From assembly GCA_964016885.1 (NCBI GenBank), contig OZ024741.1:92938001-93002000 (forward strand): a stretch of DNA of 64,000 nt, read 5' to 3'. This DNA is from Eledone cirrhosa (lineage: Eukaryota). The notes under the pieces are model-generated. The model saw only the letters and a program-made list of their open reading frames with translations. It was not told where the DNA came from and did no database searches. A program made the position numbers and the translations under genes. Positions 35,100-46,507 of the stretch are shown here, piece after piece. The stretch's first letter is position 1. The number at the start of each line of letters is the position of its first letter.

Positions 35100-38000
35100 T
35101 CCAGAGACCCTTCCCTACGAGTGTCGACAAATGCCCAAAACTCCGAGTTGGTACCATCAATGTAGGCACAATGAAAGGAAGAGAGGAGAAATCGTAGAAA
35201 TGCTAGAGCGAAAGGAAATTGATGTATGCTGTGTGCAAGAGACTAGATGGAGAGGAGAGTCTGCTAGAGTCCTTGTAGGAAAAAGTCGGTGCTACAAATT
35301 TTTCTGGGTGGGAAATGACGATGGGATGGGTGGTGTAGGTATACTACTAGCTGACAAGTGGGTAGATAAAGTAATCTCAGTGTACAGGGTAAATGCAAGA
35401 ATCATTAAACTCACACTAGTCCTGAATAAAACAATGACCACAATAATATCAGCTTACGCACCCCAATCGGGGCTGCCAGACGAAATTAAGGATAGGTTTT
35501 ACGAGTCCCTAATGCACACTACTGCTCTAACATACGACAATGACTTCCTAATCATCGCAGAGATTTTAACGGACACGTAGGTAAACACTGCGACGGCTTC
35601 AATAGAGTACATGGAGGCCATGGGGTTGGCACAAGAAATGAGGAAGGATTCAGACTTCTAGAATTCTGCGACGCCAATGACATGTCGATATGTAACACAA
35701 ACTTTAAAAAACCCGACAACCACCTGATCACCTATAGATCAGGGGAGCACTCTAGTCAGATAGATTTTATCCTCATCAGAGGACGTGACAGATGGACGGT
35801 CATAAACACAAAAGCCTTCCCTAGTGAGGAATGTACATCCCAACATAGCTTAGTTGTCAGCGACCTCACAGTCAGAACTAGACGAACCTGGAAACAGAGG
35901 CCAACCTGGAGAAGAAAGACCCCTCAACCAGTAACAGATTTAAAGATATTTTACTCAATGCCTACGACAGTAAAGAAGAACAGATAGAGACATTCAATGT
36001 AGAAGAGAACTGGGAGTTCCTAAAAATAACTTACTAGAGGTGACGGATGAGGTCTGTGGCTGGAGTAAGACCTCAAGCAGGAGGAGAGTGACTTGGTGGT
36101 GGAACAATAAGGTAGATGAGGCAGTTAAGGCCAAGAGACAGGCATGGAAATAATGGAAAAACGGGGGGAGCAGGGTACATTACATAGAGACCAAGAGGGA
36201 AGCTAGGCGACAAGTATACTTAGCTAGGAGGGAAGCAGAGGATAGAAAATTCAAGCATGTTTTGCAACGTGAGGACCAGAAACAGGAGGTGTTCAAGATT
36301 GCGAGGCAGTGTGTCAGAGAGAATTGTGATGTCATTGGAGAGAAGTGTATCCGGAATGATAAAGGTGAGCTTGCCCTCACAAGTGCTGAGAAGAAAGATG
36401 CATGGAAGAGTCATTATGATAGATTACTAAATGAGGAGAATGCATGGGAAGAAGAGACCCTACCCCAAGTAGACCCTATAGAGGGGCCAGCAGTACAAGT
36501 CAGCAGCAACGTAATAAGTAAGGCAATCAAAGATATGAAGATGGGGAAGGCAACCGGTCCATCGGGTATAGCTGCCGAGATGCTGAAGGCATCTGGGTCT
36601 GTAGGTCACACTATAACCACATGTATTGTTAACCAGGTAATACTAGAAGGTGTCATACCAAAAGATTGGTGCAGTAGCATCATTGTCAACTGCTACAAAG
36701 GTAAAGGTGATGCACTAGATAGAGGAAACTATAGAGGTATAAAGCTGATGGACCAGGTCATGAAAGTAACAGAAAGAGTTATAGCACAGTTGATTAGGGA
36801 CCGGGTGAAACTAGACGAGATGCAATTTGGGTTTGTACCAGGTAGAGGCACCACTGATGCCCTCTTCCTTGTGAGGCAGTTACAGGAAAAGTACCTAGCT
36901 AAAAGTAAGCCACTCTACCTGGCATTTGTCGACCTTGAGAAAGCCTTTGACAGAGTTCCACATGCTGTAATCTGGTGGGCTCTTAGAAAACTAGGAGTAG
37001 ATGAATGGCTTGTGAAAGCGGTACAAGCCATGTATAGGGGAGCAGTCAGCAAAGTTAGGATTAGCAATGAGTATAGCGAGGAATTTAGCGTACAGGTTGG
37101 GGTCCACCAGGGCTCTGTTTTTAGCCCCCTCCTGTTCATCATAGTCCTGCAGGCAATAACGGAGGAGTTTAAGACCGGATGCCCATGGGAACTCCTGTAT
37201 GCTGATGACCTCGCACTTATAGCTGAATCTATGGTAGAACTAGAGAATAAATTCCAAACTTGGAAGCAGGGACTAGAAAGAAAGGGTCTCAAAGTCAACA
37301 TGACAAAGACTAAGGTCCTTGTAAGTAGACGAGAAAACAGAACCCAGATCCCCTCAGGGAAATGGCCTTGCTCAGTATGTAGGAAAGGTGTAGGTAGGAA
37401 CTCCATTCTCTGCCCCAAATGCAAACAATGGGTACACAAGAGATGTAGCGGGATCTCAGGAAGCTTAATTAAGATTGTAGGCTTCACATGCAGCAGCTGT
37501 GCTGGGACAGCAAGCAGCAAACAGCCACAGGAAACAAGTACCACCAATCTCTGGGAGGGCTCTGTAGAAACAGTAGACAGCTTCTGCTACCTAGGTGACC
37601 GAATTAGCAGCGGAGGTGGGTGTTCAGAAAGTACAATAACTAGGGTAAGAACGGGATGGAAGAAGTTTAAGGAACTACTACCACTGCTAGCTGCAAAAGG
37701 CTTCTCCCTCAAAATGAAAGGCAGACTGTATGATGCGTGTATCCGAACAGCGATGTTGCATGGTAGTGAGACCTGGGCGCTGACAGTGGAAGACTTACGT
37801 AGATTAGAGAGAAACGAAGCCTGCATGCTCCAATGGATGTGTAATAGTAATATACGCGAATGACAAAGCATAAATGAATTGACAGAGAGACTGAGCATAA
37901 GAGGAATCAAATGCTGTGTGCAGGAGAAGCGGTTGCGTTGGTATGGACATGATATGCGTATGAAGGATGACAGCTGCATAAAAAGGTGCAGAGCACTAGA

Positions 38001-38460
38001 AGTCGATGGAAACCGCGGAGTGGGGAGACCCAAGATGACCTGGGATGAGGTGATAAAAGCCGACCTTACCCAATTACACCTCTCAAAGGCGATGACACAC
38101 GACCGTGAGCTCTGGCGTCACGCAGTAATACAGAGTACCCGACCTCCCATGGGTACAAGCTGAAGCATATAGACAATATGCCCCCCCACCCCCCCACTGC
38201 AAGGGTGGTCGTGGAGGTGCCACGGCAAAAAAGCACCCAGCCCACACTGTAAAATGGATGTGTAGGCGCCACGGTAAAAAAGCACCCAGCATTCACTGTA
38301 AATGAGGTTGGTGTTAGGAAGGGCATCCAGCTGTAGAAATCAAGCCAAATCAGTTCCTGTATGAGAAAGGCATGGTCAGCCGACCAGACACTGCCCACAA
38401 CAGGACAACCCGTCTAACCCATGCTAGCGTGGAAGACGGACGTAAAACGGTGATGATGAT
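35100..38460 (+). mobile_element. RTE LINE, second subfamily, near full length, frameshifted/stopped
   Basis: EN fragments 35131-35987; RT ORF 36262-37863 (YADD); C-terminus 37879-38163; 3'UTR and (GAT)n tail. Confidence 0.95.
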
Positions 38461-38477
38461 ATATATATATATATACA

Positions 38478-39235
38478 CACACAAGAGATGCAGTGGGATA
38501 TCAGGTAGACTAACAGCCTTTGTATGTAAAAGATGCACAAGGGTAATCGAGGGGAAGAGTAATATAGACCTTATTCAATCACATGAAGGATCCATAGAAG
38601 TGGTTGAAACCTTCTGATATCTAGGTGACTTAATTACCAGTGGAGGAAGGTACTCTGAGAGCATAATAGCTAGAATAAGGATAGGATGGAAGAATTTAGA
38701 GAGCTACTCTCATTGTTGACAGCAAAAGGTTTCTCCTTATGTAAAAAAAGACAACTGTATGATGCCTGTGTGCCAAGTGTGATGCTGCATGGTAGTGAAA
38801 CATGGGCAGTGACTGCAGGGGACATGCGAAGGCTGGAGAGAAATGAAGCAACTATGCTTCATTGGATGTGCAATGTAAGTGCGAGAGAAAAGTAGAGCTT
38901 GGATGAACTGTGGGAGAAACTGAGTATAAGAAAAATCCGAAGAGGTGTGAAAGAAAGAAGACTGCATTGGTATGGACATGTGATGCGCATGGATGATGAC
39001 CACTGGGTGAAGAAGTGCCAGGAAATCCCAGTGGAAGGAAGCCACTGTAGAAGTAGATCAAGAAAGACCTAGGCAGAGGTGGTGAAAGCTGATCTCAAAC
39101 CACTGAAACTCACAAAAGAGATGAGGCATGACCGTGGTGAGTGGAGAGATGTTGTGCTGAACGGGACCTATCCAAAGCCATGCACACATGGAAAAACAGA
39201 TGTAAATTCAATGGTGATGATGATTATATATATAT

Positions 39236-39280
<45 letters not shown>

Positions 39281-39590
39281 TATGTATGAAGAAAGCTTTC
39301 TAAGAGACCCCCATTCCATTATCTGGTGGGCTCTTAGAAAGCTGGGAGTAGAGGATTGGCTTGTGAGAGTAGTACAAGCTATATATAGAGGAACAGTCAG
39401 CAAAATTATAATTAGCAATGACTTATAGTGAAGAATTTAGCATGCAGGTAGGTGTCCACCATGGCTCAGTTCTTAGCCTTCTCTTGTTTATCATCATTAT
39501 GCAAGCTATAACAGAAGAGTTTAAGATTGGCTGCCCATGGGAACTTCTGTATGCAGATGATCTAAACCTTATAGCTGAATCTATGGCTAA
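38478..39590 (+). mobile_element. Two older RTE fragments in tandem (C-terminal 38478-39222; RT 39295-39590)
   Basis: HKRCSGI, MLHGSETW, IIWWALRKLGV and YADD in broken frames. Confidence 0.82.
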
Positions 39591-39599
39591 TTCACATTG

Positions 39600-39980
39600 A
39601 ATGTGTTTCTGAGGATCAAGCTGCCAATAAGAAGTATTACCTTGAAATTCTTGAAAGATTCAGGGAGAGGATGAGGAAGAAGAGACTACAGGAGTTGACC
39701 AATAGAGAGTGGTATTTCCACCAGGACAATTCACTGTGACACAAGTCAATGCTAGTGACCACCTGAATAACCAACAGGGGAATGAAAGTGTTACAACACC
39801 CACTCTACAGCCCGACCTGGCTCCTTGTGACTTCTTCCTGTAACCACACATGAAAGACAACCTCAGGAATATCAGATTCAAGTCAACACAGGAGCTGAAG
39901 GTGGCATCAACAGATTTCCTGATTGGACTGCAGGACTTGGAGGAGGTCTTCCTTGGGTGGGGAAGATGCCTGTGCATGTG
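39600..39980 (+). mobile_element. Mariner transposase relic
   Basis: W-YFHQDN and HPLYSPDLAPCDFFL motifs. Confidence 0.75.
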
Positions 39981-40749
39981 TGAAGACGCCATTCCTCACA
40001 CATGCCCATATACCACTTCCCTAATCCCCATACACCCTTCCCACCAAAGCCCCCCAGCCCATACTGAAAAGTGATCATGATGGTAATATGACAAAAAGAG
40101 CATACAGACATAGAAACCAAGCCCAAATCAGTTCTATATGAGCATCACATGGTCATCTAACCTCGACTTGCCCCAAATAGGATGACCTGTCTAACCCATG
40201 CTAGCATGGAAAATGGATGTTAAACGGTGATGATGATAATGATGATGATGGTGATGATGATATATATATATATATCATCATCATCATCATCACCATTATA
40301 TAAGCGTTATTGCAAACATATAGTAAACTCTTTCAACCCAGGAAGGTAGCTACGATGAAGTGAGTAAAGGCTGCCTCTAAAAAAGCCTTGTCTTCACAGG
40401 TATGAGAAAAGTACCAAATTGTTGACTGATGTGAATAAAACCACCAAAACACTGCAATGTGGTTAGAAACAGTAAAGGCATCCATACCGCATCGTCCTTG
40501 ACACAGAATAACAAGAGACACATTCAGGTCTTAAGTAGAGGGGCCAGTTTGAAAAATATATTGCAGTCTCTATCCAACACTGCAAGAACTGGTAATAGGA
40601 CTGTGACCTGTCCTGGGAACCCTGGGATGGATGCACAAAGGTTACGTATCTCAAGACCCCAAAGAGGGTCCGTAAAGGAGAATATCATAAGCATATTGCT
40701 CCTATCATTTTTGGGGCTGCAGGCATTGAGAATTTTCTGACAATTATTT

Positions 40750-41400
40750 TTTTAGTGAGGGGGAGGGGAGTTGCATCTGCATCCCTATGTGTCCTCAGCA
40801 ATATGCCACTGGAGCAAATTTTGACAATTGGTAACTGGAATGTTACAACCCTTAGAGGTAAGGAGCAGGAACTAGTTGTGGAGACCAGATGTTACTTGCT
40901 AGATATAATCAGGGTTTCCTCAATAAAATTCTGTCTCTGGCACTGTAGATATGGGTAGAGGATGAAAACCCCATATTCAGGTATTTTGCTAGAAATGACT
41001 GTACAGGTGGGAATGGGGATACTCACACGCTCACAGCTGTCAGAATGTGTTATGGATAGGATCCCATTGGGAGTGAGGATTTGGCTCTCAAAGCTTTGGC
41101 TAAAAGAAAGGCCTCTGTGGGTGGTGCAAGTTTATGTGCCAAACAGAGAGTTCAAATACAGATTCTTCCTTGATGAATTCACTACAGCATTAGATGTAGA
41201 TAAGACTGAGCAATATATCCGAATGGAAGACTTCAGTAACACATGCTGGCACTGACTACCTGTCATAGAAAGGATTCTTTGGAAGGAACAGTGATCCTGA
41301 TCTAAATATGACTTCTGTTCTAGTAATGAGCTCCCTATTATGAACACCTTCTTTAACGGGAATCAGGGACAGAGATCAATAATTCATTTTCGTTATTGTC
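40750..41400 (+). mobile_element. Degenerate RTE-type AP-endonuclease fragment
   Basis: IGNWNVTTLRGKEQELV and VVQVYVPN motifs. Confidence 0.65.
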
Positions 41401-42064
41401 TCTGATAGACAGCAAATTGGCAGAATTGTTAGAATGTCAGATAAAATGCTTTGCAGTATTCGATTTAGCTCTCCGCTCTCTGAGTTCAAATGCCACCAAG
41501 GTCAACCTTGCTTTTTATCCATTCGAGGTTGATAAAAAAAGTACTGGGATCAATTATTCCTCTATATCTCTTTATCACTTCCATTCTCTCCCACTCTATC
41601 CTTCCCTGGAAGAAATCTGCTGTATTCATACTTGCAGGAAATGGGCTCTGCCAGATTTAATAAAATAGTCTAGAAATGCAGTATGTCAATATTGCGCCTC
41701 TATGAATCCTTCAGGAGTTACATGAATTGTCTCGATTCTGTTCTGGAGGTTCATGTTAAGAGAGGGGCTTGGCTGTCAACTTAACACCATCTAGTTATCT
41801 GCAATCTAAGACTATAAGAAAGCCCCCAAAACCTGCAGGTGCAGCTCGACCTAGGATAAAGTGGGAAGTGCCTATTAAAATGATACTCTTTGAAATTGAA
41901 TCATTTGACTGCTTATCCATCCATGGGCTCTAAACTTCTGTGGAGTCATAAAGGATCCATTGGGGCATTGAAACTAGGCAGATATTGTCATTTGGTAGAA
42001 TCGGTAGACCTTCTTTATGTTTGAACACAGCCAATTTCTTTCATTGAGTGTGTGTGTGTGTGTA

Positions 42065-42113
<49 letters not shown>

Positions 42114-43060
42114 TGGGGAGAGTCTACCCTAGTAGGGACTGTACTTTATTCATCAACCTTGAGAAGATGAAAGACGAAGTTGACCTTGGCAGTATTTGAA
42201 CTCAGAACACAAAGAGATGGAACAGTCTATCCTGTGTTCTAATGATTCTGCCAAAAAACCATACACTCCACGTCGTATTTCATAAAATAAGGGTTTCTGA
42301 TTTAGGCACAAGGCCAGAAATGTTTTTGGAGGGGAAAGTCGATTAAATTGACCTCAGTGCATGACTGGTACTTTATTTTATCAACCCCATAAGGATGAAA
42401 GGCAAAGCCAACCTTGATGTGATTTGAACTCAGAACGTATAGGGCCGTAACTCTATGCTGCAAAGCATGATGTCCGATCGTCTACCGATTCTACCAAATG
42501 ACAATATCTATTAACGAATGTTTATTCCCCTCTCTCATTAGCATGGCTATACTTGTTAAAATATTTTTTTTTAAATGAGCGTAAAATAAGATAGTCTCAT
42601 TGTTTAAAATCAATTGTAATGGTTATTGATGAATACCACTGCATCGATTGATGAGTGAAGGCATGTAGACTGTTGATTTTACGATCATAAGGTCGATGGT
42701 CAATTCCATTGTGTTCTTGAGTTAGACGCTTCGTTTCCTACTGCATTTCATAAGATTGCCTCCCTCCACACACTATCATAAAAAAAAACCAACAAACTTC
42801 CTATGAGATGCAATCTTATAAAAGGCAAGCTAAACCTGCACATGTGTGAGCTGTAAAAAGATGTAACGAATCAGTTTTGAATTTATGGTCCCTTTTACTA
42901 AAACCGGTGCAGGATTGTCAAATGAAAATATATATAAATTGAAAGTTCAACCAGAATGACAGGTTTAGAAAAACGTAACCGAGGTATTCTATTGAAATAA
43001 AATGAATCCAAATAAAAGTAATATAATATAAATATGAAATGATGTACTGGAGAAGTCAGG

Positions 43061-43064
43061 AAAA
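43061..43064 (-). terminator. Pol III oligo-T terminator of tRNA-Arg
   Basis: aaaa on the + strand is the first T4 downstream of the tRNA. Confidence 0.5.
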
Positions 43065-43081
43065 TTAAACCTTGTGCATAT

Positions 43082-43154
43082 CGACCCTGATGGGACTTGA
43101 ACCCACAATCTTCGGCTCCGGAGGCCGACGCCTTATCCATTAGGCCACAGGGCC
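43082..43154 (-). tRNA. tRNA-Arg(CCG)
   Basis: Reverse complement GGCCCTGTGGCCTAATGGATAAGGCGTCGGCCTCCGGAGCCGAAGATTGTGGGTTCAAGTCCCATCAGGGTCG is 73 nt, forms a full cloverleaf, has anticodon loop CT-CCG-GA and A/B boxes; TTTT about 18 nt downstream. Confidence 0.93.
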
Positions 43155-43474
43155 ACGGTAAAATTCATCGAACAATAAGTAATATATACTGAATTATATC
43201 TAAAATATATTTATTTATTTAATTTAGATTTTTAGGGGTTTAAAATATTCTTAATTTCCATGAAATTGTATTCGGGATGTAAAAAAATTATATTTTATGA
43301 CACTATTTTCAATTTATGTTATGACTGTTTGTTAAATATATATCTCTTTGTATATATGTATATCTCACAAGTAAACCATAAACTTTTAATTTGTTTAAAT
43401 AAAATCTATTTTTTAAATTTATTTAAAATATTGGCAATCGAAACACGATAACTATTTATAGTTTATTATTTACA

Positions 43475-43519
<45 letters not shown>

Positions 43520-43736
43520 ATCATTCATTGGTAGAGTCTGCTTGTTTATACGGAAGTATTTTTTCCACGCCGGAATAACTGATACTTTTAATAAAGAATA
43601 TATTTATTATATTTATTTCAATGATTTATCATTTCATTTACTTAATAAAGTTAATAAATTAGATTTAAAAAAAAACACGCTAACGTTATTCAATTGATAA
43701 AAGCGGGAACCTTCTATTTCCGTCGTCCACGTTGAC
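43520..43736 (+). promoter_or_regulatory. Putative HUS1 proximal promoter/5'UTR
   Basis: Inverted CCAAT (~43527), ETS-like ACGGAAGT (43550-43557), E2F-like GCGGGAA (43703-43709); CpG locally retained next to the ATG. Confidence 0.45.
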
Positions 43737-43788
43737 ATGAGGTTCAGGGCAAAATTGGTCGATATCGGCTCTATACAGCACTTTACTC
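43737..43788 (+). CDS. HUS1: HUS1 checkpoint clamp subunit, coding exon 1 (MRFRAKLVDIGSIQHFT-R)
   Basis: ATG at 43737; translation resembles the HUS1 N-terminus (MKFRAKIVD...HFTR); 52-nt phase-1 exon followed by a gtaggt donor. Confidence 0.93.
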
Positions 43789-45396
43789 GTAGGTATAATT
43801 GGGTTTTTCTGGTTTAGGAATACAAATCGTGATCTATATAATTGCTCATGTTTATTTTATACTTTTATTGTACAAACTGAAAACTTTTTATGCATGTTGA
43901 AAGGGACCGACCAGCAATATTCGGCAGTTTTCGTTTTGTATATATATTTCAGTGTCATTAATAGTTATATTCTCAGTTTAAAATATTAGGTTCTTTGTAT
44001 GTATATGTTCCTCGATATAGTTTTCATTCATTACAATTTAAATAGAGGGTATATATATATATATATATTCGTGTTTAAATACAAGAAAATGTTCCTTACA
44101 CTTCACTTAATCTCACTGTTGTTCCAGTTTTATATATTTATATCATTTACTACCTATGTACTTCTCTATATACACTCGCACCTGTGGACAAAAGTACAAT
44201 TACAGGTAAAAAGCCACACTTGTTTCGGAAAAGAAGTTCCTAACTTGAAGAAAATAAGTGCTGGTGTGTATATGAACAACTAAATCTCTTCAAGGCGATA
44301 CTGTAGCATGGTTACAGTCTAATGACTAAAGCAAGTAAAAGTATAAAAGAAAAGAATATTCATCTAAATTTAGCCAATATTTATTTAAAGAAATACCATG
44401 GAATGATCAAACTAATGCACAACAGCTATTCAAGGTTTAACGCTGTACCCTCGTTACTAACTGGACAGTGAATGCGTATCGGTGTTTCCCCGGGTCTATT
44501 GCAGTCTTCCTCGCCTTGCTCCGAGGCAACGTTTTCTCCGTTCTGTCTGCTGAGTTTTTTAAGCACACTTTTAGGATTTAAAGTAAATGTAACAACGCAT
44601 TCGTAATGTTTACATAACAGTTCGACAAAAGTTAATATTCCCCACAGTTGTTGAAATATTACAGATTGCTCCAAGGTTATCCTAAATCTAGATCTCAGAA
44701 ATGCTTTTAATTCCATCAGTCGAGATGTCATCTACCGTTCAGTAAAGGAGAGGGCCCCGCAGCTTTACCACTTTGCTTTGCAAGTCTATCGGGCGCTCAC
44801 CTACCTCACCTCCGGTCATCATTTTCTACTATCTGCCACAGGGGTCCAACAGGGTGACCCGCTCGGACTTGCTCTTTTCGCACTTGGTATTGATGACGTT
44901 ACCAAGATGGGAGCTGACCTCGATCTGAATGTCTTGTATCTGGATGATGATTGAGGAGCTGGGTCGTAGGGGCCTTCATGTCAAGTTACAAATGCGAGCT
45001 CTGGCTCCTCAACCACATTAGCAGACTTGATCTGTTCACAGTCCTTCCCCTCCATTGCCATTCCACTCCCATCAGTGTGGTGCTCCCTTGTACCCCAATT
45101 ACTGATCAAGCCTTCGAGTCCATCTTTCTATCTAAGCTGGCTAACCTCGAACAACTATTAAAATACCTCGAAGTCATTAAGATTCACCAAGGTTAGGAAT
45201 TATTTCTCAATCCCTAAGTTGTATTTCCCTCTTACAAATTCTCGTCTCTCCAACGCTTCGACGACTTCATATTCAGTGAGTTTGAGGGTTTGGTCAATGT
45301 CCGACTCTCCCCAGAGTCCCGCGACCAAGCTGCTTTGCCCAGTTCCATTGATTTTGAGTAAAATTAATTTTTTGTGAAGTTATTTTGAGTAATGCT

Positions 45397-45590
45397 AGAG
45401 CTGACAAGTTCATAGGCTGACCAAGATACTCTCATGGATTGACCAAATGAGGTTTATTTTTCAACATAGTCCCTGGAAAGAAACAATGCAGTTATTAATA
45501 AGAAAAGTTGAAATTAATGCAACCAAGATTTCACAGCTTCAGCATCACTACTTGATAGTCAGCCTATGAACTTTTCAACCGACACTTGTA
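45397..45590. mobile_element. Tc1/mariner-like MITE
   Basis: TIR-like aagttcataggctgac../..gtcagcctatgaactt, ending in TA. Confidence 0.6.
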
Positions 45591-45783
45591 CTACAGCCTG
45601 ATTTGTACATGATATTGTTATATACAATGATATCACATATATTTGAAAAATATCTCCTTTCTTTCAATCTATCTATATTATAAAAGAGAATCTGTTTCTC
45701 CCTCTGCCTGTCCATCACAACCTATAATAAGAGGGGTAAACGGGAGGAGTGAAAAGTTGTTGTATGTGTATGTATATATATAT

Positions 45784-46100
45784 ATATTAATTCAAAATAT
45801 TAACAAATATAGACATTCATGTGATCAAGTATATTTTATTATACATATTTCAGAGGTACTGAGCTATCTTCAACAGTACGTCCTCATCAGATAAAATAAG
45901 ATGATGCATGACATACCTTGACTAAGTAGATGGTTAAAATTCAGTCATAACTGTCTACTTAGTCAAGGTATGTCATGCATCATCTTATTTTATCTGATGA
46001 GGACGTACTGTTGAAGATAGCTCAGTACCTCTGAAATATGTATAATAAAATATACTTGATCACACGAATGTCTATATTTGTTAATATTTTGAATTAATAT
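45784..46100. repeat. Near-perfect ~147-bp inverted repeat (Penelope-like fold-back)
   Basis: 45784-45930 is the reverse complement of 45954-46100, with a ~23-nt loop. Confidence 0.92.
45987..46051 (+). ncRNA. Type I hammerhead motif (mirror copy on the minus strand at 45833-45897)
   Basis: ATTTTAT-CTGATGA-GGACGTACTG..CAGTACCTCT-GAAATATGTATA-ATAAAAT. Confidence 0.65.
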
Positions 46101-46378
46101 TATGTTGGTACCACAACATCCAGTCCGAAATAAATGAGGTCGTGTAGGTGTCACGACAAAAAAACACACAGTCCACGCTGTAATGTGGCCGTGTAGGTAA
46201 CACGGTAAAAACCTCCCAGTCCACACTGTAAACGTGGTTGGTGTTAGGAAGGGCATCCAGCCGTAGAAAACCCGCCAGACAGTCCTATACGAGCAAGACA
46301 ACCAATCTTGCCTCAAGTGGGAAAATTCCCGTCCAAACCCATGCAAGCGTGGAAGATGGACGTTAAACGATGATGATG
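46100..46378 (+). mobile_element. RTE 3'UTR-only insertion in HUS1 intron 1
   Basis: Near match to 30105-30400; GAT tail. Confidence 0.85.
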
Positions 46379-46453
46379 AACTCCGGAAAACCAGTTCTGT
46401 GGAGTGCTTCTAATCTATTGTAAAACTTTATTCATTGAACCTTGTTTAACCTT

Positions 46454-46507
<54 letters not shown>

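Noticed and set aside
36915-38033. Long antisense ORFs over LINE copies (also 26620-27120 and 49108-51821)
   Set aside because: Shadow frames of RTE coding sequence with no independent motifs
42898-43140. 80-aa ORF MDKASASGAEDCGFKSHQG
   Set aside because: Incidental translation of the tRNA-Arg gene
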